IMG/VR virus record: IMGVR_UViG_3300005002_000001
Length of the DNA stretch: 64,000 bases
Reading direction: 5' to 3' (one strand)
Source of the DNA: a virus
Shown here: piece after piece, positions 8,577 to 15,936 of the stretch
How positions within the stretch are numbered: position 1 is the stretch's first letter
How the letters are laid out: every line of letters starts with the position of its first letter
Position numbers and translations under genes: made by a program
The notes under the pieces: model-generated
Database searches by the model: none
What the model saw: only the letters and a program-made list of their open reading frames with translations
What the model was told of the DNA's origin: nothing

Positions 8577-9497
8577 ATGTATTACGTCGACACCCCGATC
8601 TTTCAGAATGACAAGGCTCGAATCAAAAATCAGATCGACGTCATCTCGGCTCAGCGCGCCAAGATCAAGGAGATCAAGCGGAAATTCCGATCCAAGCAGG
8701 ACCAGCGCCTTTTCGAATCGATACCTCAGCGTCTCAAAACTCTGACAGGCAAGCTCGAGCGACTGTCGAATCTGACGTGCCCGTCATGGGACTTGGTCCA
8801 CTATCTCCAGGCGTGCGACAATTCGCTGTGGGACGACCTACAGATCGACGCCTGGAACAAGACGCTGGCCAACCACGAAGGCAGGGGAGAGGCTTCCCTG
8901 CGACTCTGGTACGGACTCCCGGCCGCGGCAGCCACGACCGAGGACGTCGACCTGCCAGAGATCGACGGTGAAGCCAAGAACGCCCAGGGACGTCGCAAGG
9001 ATGGCAAGTTTCAGTTGCAGACCGTGCAAGCGGGCAAGAGCGGGCGCAAGGCTTACACTCGTTGGATGATGTATTCGGCCGAGCTCGGACTCTTCAAGGA
9101 CCTACCTGAAAATGTGAGGGAGGCTCTCGCCGAAGGAGAGCTGTCCCAAAGCATCATCTACGGCGCGCTCCCCCAAGAACTGAAGGAATCGTTGCTCGGA
9201 GCCGTCCTGCCGTCGATCGTCTTTACGAGATACGAGTTCATCGATTTCACGACTAGGAACGGATTCCTGCACGTCATCAACACTGATTTCGATTCCGCTC
9301 TGAGCTTTCAATGCATCACCAAATGCGGACCCAAGTACGCTCTCAAAAAAGAATACCTCGTCAATCGCCTGCGGCGATCCCGGGCGTTCGTCGCCACGCG
9401 CGAGGCCCTGCATCTGCTTTCTCTCAAGGAACGGGTCTCCTTGATGAAATCGAAAAACTGTAATCCTGCATCGCCGAAGGTACAATCAGCAGCATGA
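8577..9497 (+). CDS. hypothetical protein
   Basis: AGGAG 7 nt upstream of ATG 8577; long ORF (track 8418-9497 trimmed). Confidence 0.5.
   Translation: MYYVDTPIFQNDKARIKNQIDVISAQRAKIKEIKRKFRSKQDQRLFESIPQRLKTLTGKLERLSNLTCPSWDLVHYLQACDNSLWDDLQIDAWNKTLANHEGRGEASLRLWYGLPAAAATTEDVDLPEIDGEAKNAQGRRKDGKFQLQTVQAGKSGRKAYTRWMMYSAELGLFKDLPENVREALAEGELSQSIIYGALPQELKESLLGAVLPSIVFTRYEFIDFTTRNGFLHVINTDFDSALSFQCITKCGPKYALKKEYLVNRLRRSRAFVATREALHLLSLKERVSLMKSKNCNPASPKVQSAA
9458..9493 (+). promoter_or_regulatory. conserved promoter TGTAATC-N16-TACAAT-N8-ATG
   Basis: ctgtaatcctgcatcgccgaaggtacaatcagcagcATG, embedded in 3' end of upstream gene. Confidence 0.5.
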
Positions 9498-9757
9498 GAT
9501 CCATCAAACACATCGGTCTAGGAATTCTAACCTTCGCCCTGGGCCTCGCCGTCTGTCGAGTCCTGGGCATCTTCTGGCGCATCGTTCTGACGATGATCGA
9601 TCCCGCCAAGCCGCCAAAAGCCAACATCGTCGGCGACATCTTTCTAGGCCTGGCATGCACCGCCATGGTCGTCATCATCGTCGGTATGCTGGGTTGGGCC
9701 GCCAAGTCCATCGGCGAGGAGCTCGAATTTCGCTATCACAACTGGAAGAACAAATGA
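9494..9757 (+). CDS. small membrane protein (2 predicted TM helices)
   Basis: hydrophobic segments ILTFALGLAVCRVLGIFW and LGLACTAMVVIIVGMLGWAA. Confidence 0.55.
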   Translation: MRSIKHIGLGILTFALGLAVCRVLGIFWRIVLTMIDPAKPPKANIVGDIFLGLACTAMVVIIVGMLGWAAKSIGEELEFRYHNWKNK

Positions 9758-9990
9758 ACTGGGAACACGCCATCAACGCTGCCGAGCGTCTCGGCTTTTC
9801 TGTCCTCCTTCGCAACATGGACGTCGAGGCCATCTCGCTGCCCATCTTCAATCGGGTCATCACGATCGAGTCTCCCGAGCAGGCAGCTAGCGTCGTCGAA
9901 TCGATGGCCCAGGGCCGCAACGCCATTTATTACGATCCGCAGAACCTTCTCGATCCCGCTCTCGTCAATCAGATGGTCGTCCTCGGGTGA
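9754..9990 (+). CDS. hypothetical protein
   Basis: ATGA-coupled start inside track ORF 9655-9990. Confidence 0.45.
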   Translation: MNWEHAINAAERLGFSVLLRNMDVEAISLPIFNRVITIESPEQAASVVESMAQGRNAIYYDPQNLLDPALVNQMVVLG

Positions 9991-10226
9991 TCTATCGGGC
10001 CGGGCAGCTTTGGGAGTATCGACCCGGAGACACTTTCGAATGGCGACTCATCGTCATTCTGAAGTCCGAGTGGGGACCTGACGTCGCCGATTACGTGGGA
10101 GCTCAGGTCTTTCACATCGCCATGTATGTCAAAGAGATGCTTCGGACCGACCTGATAGAAAATCTTGAGCCCCCTCGTCCTGGTCGATGGGAGGACATGC
10201 CCGGCAGCTTTCGGAGGATCGCTTGA
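9987..10226 (+). CDS. hypothetical protein
   Basis: track ORF, GTG start overlapping upstream stop. Confidence 0.4.
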   Translation: MIYRAGQLWEYRPGDTFEWRLIVILKSEWGPDVADYVGAQVFHIAMYVKEMLRTDLIENLEPPRPGRWEDMPGSFRRIA

Positions 10227-10531
10227 AGGAGTTTCATAAATTCATCGATCGTTCGGGCGAGTGCTGGCTCTGGAATTTTCGATCCACCACTCCTAGGACG
10301 TGGATGAAAACTTTTTCAGGCCCGGCCATGTACCGCCGTCCAAAGGTCATCGACGATTGGCAGCTCGTCATCGTCCTCTCCTCGTATTGGAGCATCTCCG
10401 ATCGGGGAGATTGCATCGGGCATCGCTGCCTCGAGATCAAAAAGGATGGCTCGCCTCACATCATACGGCTCAAAGAGTCGACGACGAGGCCTTGGGACAG
10501 CCGATCCGATCTCTTCAAACGAGTGAGTTGA
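10187..10531 (+). CDS. hypothetical protein (start uncertain)
   Basis: track ORF; overlaps previous ORF by 40 nt; later in-frame ATG at ~10303 is possible. Confidence 0.3.
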   Translation: MGGHARQLSEDRLKEFHKFIDRSGECWLWNFRSTTPRTWMKTFSGPAMYRRPKVIDDWQLVIVLSSYWSISDRGDCIGHRCLEIKKDGSPHIIRLKESTTRPWDSRSDLFKRVS

Positions 10532-10583
10532 CGAATGATCGTGCCTGTCATGCACTGCATCCTCGCTCGCCTGGGGAAGGCCG

Positions 10584-10617
10584 TGTATTCCCCCGCCGCT
10601 CCTGGTATGATAAGGCT
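10584..10617 (+). promoter_or_regulatory. promoter variant TGTATTC-N16-TATGAT-N6-ATG
   Basis: ccgtgtattcccccgccgctcctggtatgataaggctATG. Confidence 0.45.
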
Positions 10618-11124
10618 ATGGGAGGAATCATCGTGTGCGAACGATACTGCTCGCGGCAGGATTACGATAAGGATCTGCTTGCTCGAGCCAAGTTCTCGAT
10701 GGCCGTCCTCAATCGAGCTCCCGACGAGGACGAGGATCCCACTCTCCAAGGCGAGCTCATCACGATGGATCGTCTCGACTGTTGGGACCTTCTGAAGCGT
10801 GCCAAACTCGCTCTCGAATTCTTCTATCCGCACTTTCGAATCCACGACGAGATCATCGCCCGAGCCCGAGAGGACTGGGACTGGCGCTTCAAGGAGTTCT
10901 TCTCTCGGCTCTTCCGTTGGGATTGGAAGGATCGCGACGGGCATGCGCTCGTCGTGAAGCATGAGAAGATGATCGCCGGCTTCGAGCGCATGCTCGGGCA
11001 GGTCTCCTCCACTCAGCACAATCGCATCGAGATCGAGACGAAGGTCGTCCGCGCGGCACGCAACTGGATCAAATGGCACGATTCCGAATTGGGTCGCTGC
11101 AACTTCCGAGGAGCATATCGATGA
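10618..11124 (+). CDS. hypothetical protein
   Basis: ATG at predicted leaderless start; the 5' part of track ORF 10300-11124 is artefact. Confidence 0.5.
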   Translation: MGGIIVCERYCSRQDYDKDLLARAKFSMAVLNRAPDEDEDPTLQGELITMDRLDCWDLLKRAKLALEFFYPHFRIHDEIIARAREDWDWRFKEFFSRLFRWDWKDRDGHALVVKHEKMIAGFERMLGQVSSTQHNRIEIETKVVRAARNWIKWHDSELGRCNFRGAYR

Positions 11125-11321
11125 ACAAGCAGCTCGAAAACAAGATCGACGAATTGGCTCGCGACTGGACTGGCAAGGTGCGCGATCGGGCCTTCGAGGT
11201 CGATCCGGGCAACGAGCACGAATGGTACTCGCTCTCCATCGGCTTCTTTCTAGGTCGTGGCTTCTCGGCCGACGAGTCCCACGAGATCACTCTCGAACTC
11301 AATCGAAGGAACCTCCTATGA
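11121..11321 (+). CDS. hypothetical small protein
   Basis: ATGA coupling chain 11121 > 11318 > 11554 > 11793. Confidence 0.45.
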   Translation: MNKQLENKIDELARDWTGKVRDRAFEVDPGNEHEWYSLSIGFFLGRGFSADESHEITLELNRRNLL

Positions 11322-11557
11322 GCTTTCGCTTCACTCCCGAGACGGGCGTCCACGGCGTCGCCCTCGTCTCTCAGATCGCCCGGTTCGCGGATATCATTTG
11401 GGTCTCCCTGGTCTGCGTCTACGTGGGTCGCGATCCCAACGTCTTCTGGAAATGGGCCGTCGTCTTCCTCTTTTTGCTTTCCTTTTTCAATCACGCCCGG
11501 CGCTGGTCGGGCTGGAAAGAGCGCGACTCTTACCTACGTTCCCGGAGGAAACCATGA
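11318..11557 (+). CDS. small membrane protein
   Basis: ATGA start; hydrophobic IIWVSLVCVYVG and WAVVFLFLLSFF. Confidence 0.45.
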   Translation: MSFRFTPETGVHGVALVSQIARFADIIWVSLVCVYVGRDPNVFWKWAVVFLFLLSFFNHARRWSGWKERDSYLRSRRKP

Positions 11558-11796
11558 GAAGGATCGTTACGATGACGTCAAACACCAAGAAAGAGACGAA
11601 GGAGATCAAACCTCTGCCGCCCATCGACGTCTCCTCGTCCAAGGCGGCGCTCGCCGATCTCAAGAAGCGAGAGTATTCCGACACCGCTGCTCTGAGCTAC
11701 GCTAAGGCGGCGCGTTCTTGGACGCAGAAGGACTCCAAGGAGTGGAAGGTCTGGAAAGAGGTCGAGGCTTTTCTCTCCGAAAAGTGCGGGGGATGA
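11554..11796 (+). CDS. hypothetical small basic protein
   Basis: ATGA start inside track ORF 11257-11796. Confidence 0.45.
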   Translation: MRRIVTMTSNTKKETKEIKPLPPIDVSSSKAALADLKKREYSDTAALSYAKAARSWTQKDSKEWKVWKEVEAFLSEKCGG

Positions 11797-12092
11797 GCCA
11801 GAAGCGACTGCTGAAAGTAGTCGGTCGGGACAGCACGGGCAAGACGCTCTATCGCGGCGTGTTCGCTTTCTACGAGACTCATGGTCTTCCCCTGAGCGAT
11901 ATGCTCTTTCACATGTGGGAGCGCGATGCTTTGCCCGATTTTGTCCAACTCGTGCGAGACATGCACGCCGCCGGTCGACCTTGGAATCGCTGCCTAGAAT
12001 CGATCGAAGCCGCAGTGCATGATGCCTGCTATCCGCTCGAAATTCGAGACGCCATCATCGCGCGTCTCAAGCTCCTAAGGAAAGACGAATAA
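11793..12092 (+). CDS. hypothetical protein
   Basis: ATGA start inside track ORF 11718-12092. Confidence 0.45.
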   Translation: MSQKRLLKVVGRDSTGKTLYRGVFAFYETHGLPLSDMLFHMWERDALPDFVQLVRDMHAAGRPWNRCLESIEAAVHDACYPLEIRDAIIARLKLLRKDE

Positions 12093-12101
12093 TTATCATG
12101 G

Positions 12102-12842
12102 ATGAGAGTGGCCGTCGTATTACCCAGTCACGTCCGGACTTTCGAGCGGTGCTGGCCGAATTGGCTCAAGCACGTCGTCGAGCCCAACGGTTGGAAGTGC
12201 CGATACTTCATTCACACGTACGACCTGGCGGAGATGACGCAGGAGACGAGCCGGAAGCTCGACAAGGTCGTCCGACCCCCGGAAGCGGAGTCACGCGCTC
12301 TCGTTGAAAAAGCTCTAGCGACTCTGGCTCCGCACACCGAGTTCGTTGCTGTCGATTCGAACCCGCCCAATGTCGCTCGTACCCTCAGAGAATTGAGAGG
12401 CTGCGGCATCTACCAAGGCCGCGGCGGCAACGCGGAGGCACAGTGCCTGCAGACGAAGAAGCTGCAGATGGCCTACGAACCGCTCAGGACTCGTTTGAAC
12501 GAGTTCGACCTGGTGGTGCGCTGGCGCTTCGACATGGAATTCGCCTCTCCCATCGAGGTTCCCACGCTGCGCGACGACCAGATCGTCACCATCGCTCGCC
12601 TCAGCATGCCGCACGATTGCATGTGCGATTGCTTCGCCGTCATGCGTCCCATCCAGCGAGTGTGCGATGCCTATTTCGACGTTTACGACAGCCTCCTGCC
12701 CAGGGCCCAGAGAAAGAACTATCTGAAGCGCTACACCCTCGAAAATCATTTCGGTCTCAATATGATCGAGCACGGCATCGAGCGCCTCGTCCTTCCCAAC
12801 CCGGACAATACGATCAAGTGCGTCCGCTTCGACGATCCCTGA
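12102..12842 (+). CDS. hypothetical protein, paralogue of 28381-29184 (possible glycosyltransferase-like)
   Basis: N-terminus MRVAVVLPSHVRTFERCWPN matches MRIAAIWVGHVRTFHRIWPEN in the other copy; shared RxxDxEF block; function inferred weakly. Confidence 0.5.
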   Translation: MRVAVVLPSHVRTFERCWPNWLKHVVEPNGWKCRYFIHTYDLAEMTQETSRKLDKVVRPPEAESRALVEKALATLAPHTEFVAVDSNPPNVARTLRELRGCGIYQGRGGNAEAQCLQTKKLQMAYEPLRTRLNEFDLVVRWRFDMEFASPIEVPTLRDDQIVTIARLSMPHDCMCDCFAVMRPIQRVCDAYFDVYDSLLPRAQRKNYLKRYTLENHFGLNMIEHGIERLVLPNPDNTIKCVRFDDP

Positions 12843-12846
12843 CCGT

Positions 12847-12881
12847 TGTAATCTCGGCTTCTCGGGGCTTATGATGGTCCC
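12847..12881 (+). promoter_or_regulatory. conserved promoter TGTAATC-N16-TATGAT-N5-ATG
   Basis: gttgtaatctcggcttctcggggcttatgatggtcccATG. Confidence 0.5.
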
Positions 12882-13067
12882 ATGCTAGCGGCAATTGCGT
12901 GGGCCTATGAGACTCTCGAAGCCAACGATCAGATGACGGCGGCCGAGCTCAAGGAGCAGTATCGCTGGTTCATGAAGACGTACCACCCGGACAATCCGGA
13001 GACAGGCGACGTCCAGATCTATCGCAACGCCATCGAGGCGTGGAAGATCCTCAGCAGGGAGATTTGA
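12882..13067 (+). CDS. J-domain mini-protein (DnaJ-like, HPD motif)
   Basis: ELKEQYRWFMKTYHPDNPETGD...IYRNAIEAWKIL matches the J-domain helix II-HPD loop-helix III pattern. Confidence 0.55.
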   Translation: MLAAIAWAYETLEANDQMTAAELKEQYRWFMKTYHPDNPETGDVQIYRNAIEAWKILSREI

Positions 13068-13068
13068 C

Positions 13069-13194
13069 ATGTCTCAAGAAGATGAAGATTGGGATCGCTT
13101 TCGGACCAAGTTGAGCGGCTGCTTCGACGCGTCTATCGTTGCCGTCGGGCTGGGGATCATCGTCTCCTGTTTCGTCGAGTGGTGCGGTCGATGA
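13069..13194 (+). CDS. tiny membrane protein (41 aa)
   Basis: hand translation MSQEDEDWDRFRTKLSGCFDASIVAVGLGIIVSCFVEWCGR. Confidence 0.3.
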   Translation: MSQEDEDWDRFRTKLSGCFDASIVAVGLGIIVSCFVEWCGR

Positions 13195-13364
13195 CGTCTT
13201 GCGGTTGGCAAGACAAGCGTCCCGTGACACGGAAGCACCACCAGAAATCTTTTCTGTGGGAGGGTGAAAGAGTCTGGGTCGACGAGAAGCTGATTAATCT
13301 GATCCCAAATCTGTTCAAGCTCGTGATCATCACGTCTACGGCAAGCGATGACAGCTTTATCTGA
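13191..13364 (+). CDS. hypothetical small protein
   Basis: ATGA start inside track ORF 13089-13364. Confidence 0.3.
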   Translation: MTSCGWQDKRPVTRKHHQKSFLWEGERVWVDEKLINLIPNLFKLVIITSTASDDSFI

Positions 13365-13776
13365 ATATACGACCCACAAGCTGGGCGACATCAAGCAATT
13401 GATCTCGAACTGCGTCCAGATCGCGCTAGAAGACGAGGATTCCCAGTTCTTCAAGACGTGCGAGGAGTTGCGTCGTTTGAGAAACGCGTTGGATCCGCGC
13501 GAGCTGCGGACCGACCACGTCAAGTGGCATCGCAAGGACAATTGGCGACTCGTGGGAAAGGAAATCATCGATAATCCGTACGCCTCGGCCCCTGATGAAA
13601 AACGTCTTCCGTACCAGCTCAGGTTGGAATTCGACGCCGGTCTTTACCGAGCGTGGGTGACGGTGTGCAATTTCCCGGCTCCTGAGGGAGACATTCGTGA
13701 CATCGACGTCCTCATCGGAGCCTTCTGGTCGCCCGAGCACCAGCCGCCGACGGGACCCATTCGAGTCCGCGGATGA
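13348..13776 (+). CDS. hypothetical protein
   Basis: track ORF; ATGA overlap with next gene. Confidence 0.5.
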   Translation: MTALSEYTTHKLGDIKQLISNCVQIALEDEDSQFFKTCEELRRLRNALDPRELRTDHVKWHRKDNWRLVGKEIIDNPYASAPDEKRLPYQLRLEFDAGLYRAWVTVCNFPAPEGDIRDIDVLIGAFWSPEHQPPTGPIRVRG

Positions 13777-14198
13777 AAAAGCAGCTCGAAGAACTCCTCT
13801 TGACGGAGGAGGGTGCTATCGTCCTTTTGGGCGAGGAGAAAGTCATGTCCAAAACGGGAGATTGGTCCGGGCTCGTGGGTCGCATGATTCGTGGCCGTGG
13901 CTATTCTCATTCCGAAGGTTACGAGACGATCGACCTGTATCCCAGCGTCCAATCTTACGACAAGAAGATGGACGAAAAAGCGGGGACGCACGAGTCAGGA
14001 GCATCTTGGCAAATGTGGCGTCTCTTGACGAAAGAAGAGCGCGGGCAACCCGTCCAGCTCTATAAGAAAGATATCTGGACCGTTGTGGGAGTCGAGGTCG
14101 ACAAGGAAGGCGCTCTACGTCTCGTCAAGATCGCTTCGCCCGCCGGACAGACGGGTTGGACTCCTCACTTCTATCGCCTCGAGGTCGTCGACGGATGA
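13773..14198 (+). CDS. GDL-WTV-GW family protein
   Basis: KKDIWTVVGVEVDKEGALRLVKIASPAGQTGWTPHF. Confidence 0.55.
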   Translation: MKKQLEELLLTEEGAIVLLGEEKVMSKTGDWSGLVGRMIRGRGYSHSEGYETIDLYPSVQSYDKKMDEKAGTHESGASWQMWRLLTKEERGQPVQLYKKDIWTVVGVEVDKEGALRLVKIASPAGQTGWTPHFYRLEVVDG

Positions 14199-14548
14199 TC
14201 ACTCTTTTCGAAAGCATGACGATCAAGCAGGGGGACTTGCTGCGTTTCGAACCCGACGGTCGGTGCCAGCTCTTCGACCTGTATCAGCGCCTCGAACGCG
14301 GCGTCATGCAGAGCTACACGCCGCTCGATCCCGTCCAGACGTGGGATCAGGTGTGGACCGTGCTCGACGTCGTCATCGATCGAGACAAGCTACTATGCAT
14401 CGTGCAGATGTGCAGCGCCCAGGGAGCCAAAGGCTGGGTCGTCATGGTCGCTGACGGCCAGCATCCCGCGCGCGGATCCAACCTTCTGCGTCACAACTTC
14501 GAGATCATCGAAGACTACGGCGAATTCAACTGCGATAAATGCCTTTGA
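14195..14548 (+). CDS. GDL-WTV-GW family protein
   Basis: ATGA start; QGDLLRF ... VWTVLDVVIDRDKLLCIVQMCSAQGAKGWVV. Confidence 0.55.
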   Translation: MITLFESMTIKQGDLLRFEPDGRCQLFDLYQRLERGVMQSYTPLDPVQTWDQVWTVLDVVIDRDKLLCIVQMCSAQGAKGWVVMVADGQHPARGSNLLRHNFEIIEDYGEFNCDKCL

Positions 14549-14847
14549 CTCCCCAGCAGATCCATCGGCGCATGACGGAGTTCCGAATCGGCACGCTCAT
14601 CAAGCCGAATCGAGAGATCAAACTGTGCGAACTCATCGTCCAAAAGGACGGCCGAGCCTGGCTCGATTGGGACAACACGAGGCTCATCACAGAGTTTGAA
14701 AATAAGAAGCGACTGTGGCTCATCGTCGACGCGCACGTGACGCCCGGCTTCGATCAGCACTATTACGTCAAGATCTTCGAATTCCAAAGCGGACGCGTCG
14801 GATGGACCGAATCGCTGGCCCTCTACGAACCGGTATTGTATAAATGA
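14539..14847 (+). CDS. GDL-WTV-GW family protein (divergent)
   Basis: RLWLIVDAHVTPGFDQHYYVKIFEFQSGRVGWTE. Confidence 0.5.
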   Translation: MPLTPQQIHRRMTEFRIGTLIKPNREIKLCELIVQKDGRAWLDWDNTRLITEFENKKRLWLIVDAHVTPGFDQHYYVKIFEFQSGRVGWTESLALYEPVLYK

Positions 14848-15242
14848 GACACGCTCGCCTCTACATTCTAGCTCATCCTTCGGATTGCGACCCGCCCCAC
14901 GGGCTCGATCTGACTCCCGGCAGTCGAGATTCTCTCAAGGTCGAGATGCTGGAGGAGGCCTTTCGGACGAAGGGTTTCGATCCCGACGAGCCCGCCCTCG
15001 TCGGCTATCCCATCGACGGTCGCATCCAACTCCTGAGCGGCACTCATCGTCACGAAGCAGCGCGCCGCGCCGACATGTTTCTACCCGTCACCCTCAAGCT
15101 GAGGAGTGTCGTCGAAGGTTCCTGGGGCACCGATCGGTGGGAGGCCCTCATCGAGGATATTCCCGTTAGAGATTTGGAATGGGCTCCCGTTCGGGAGAGC
15201 GATTGGATTCCCGGGCTGGACGAGAGAGTGAGCTTTCGATGA
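14844..15242 (+). CDS. possible ParB/sulfiredoxin-like nuclease domain protein
   Basis: PALVGYPIDGRIQLLSGTHRHEAARRA resembles the ParB N-terminal GxxR/H-R-x-x-A motif; weak. Confidence 0.35.
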   Translation: MRHARLYILAHPSDCDPPHGLDLTPGSRDSLKVEMLEEAFRTKGFDPDEPALVGYPIDGRIQLLSGTHRHEAARRADMFLPVTLKLRSVVEGSWGTDRWEALIEDIPVRDLEWAPVRESDWIPGLDERVSFR

Positions 15243-15856
15243 AAGGCCCGCAGGACGAATACGACATTCTCGCCCGTCAACTGGATGACCTCGTCTATTA
15301 TCGGAAGAACCTTCGTTCTGGGCCCTCCTTTAACATGTGGGAGCAGGACTTCTCCGGCAAGGTCAAGTACCGAGACTTCGAATACGAAGAGTCTCGCCTG
15401 ATGGACAAAGAGGTCGACATTCGAGTGCGAATGGAAGAGCTCCGGCGCCGACAGCGCGGGCTCAACGAGCAGCGTCTCAATCCAGCTTCGGGTTGTCGAC
15501 TCGACGAGCTCTACCCAACTCTACCCGCTCCGGGAGCGTTGCTTCGATTCGATCTGACCAATAAAAGCGAGGGTCGTTGGCGTTACAAGCCCGATAAGCA
15601 GCAGGTGGGAGAGGGTGATCCGGGTTATCGAAATCTCGCCATCGGCGTCAAATCGTTCAGAACCTCGACGGGGGAGATGTCCTGGTCGCTCGAGAGCCCG
15701 TTCGTATTGGCGCATCCCGACGCGGCAATCATTCTTCTCCCGTGCGAGCCCGTTCTGATCGGCGATCATACGCCCTTTGTCAAGATCATGGTCAATACGG
15801 TTCGTCGTGATTCCGAAATTCTTTGGTCACCGGTTTCCGACCTGGTGATCGTGTAA
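15239..15856 (+). CDS. hypothetical protein
   Basis: ATGA start inside track ORF 15179-15856. Confidence 0.5.
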   Translation: MKGPQDEYDILARQLDDLVYYRKNLRSGPSFNMWEQDFSGKVKYRDFEYEESRLMDKEVDIRVRMEELRRRQRGLNEQRLNPASGCRLDELYPTLPAPGALLRFDLTNKSEGRWRYKPDKQQVGEGDPGYRNLAIGVKSFRTSTGEMSWSLESPFVLAHPDAAIILLPCEPVLIGDHTPFVKIMVNTVRRDSEILWSPVSDLVIV

Positions 15857-15936
15857 TCCTTAGGCTGTCTATTATAGAGTAGGACTACGTTAACCAACCG
15901 GCCCCGAAAGGGCCAAACGAAAAGAGAACAGAACAC
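15853..15936 (+). promoter_or_regulatory. TGTAATC promoter plus ~50-nt leader with hairpin and purine-rich RBS upstream of the vault-protein gene
   Basis: cgtgtaatcctt...; leader hairpin ggccccgaaagggcc (~15899-15913); aaaagagaacagaacacATG. Confidence 0.45.
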
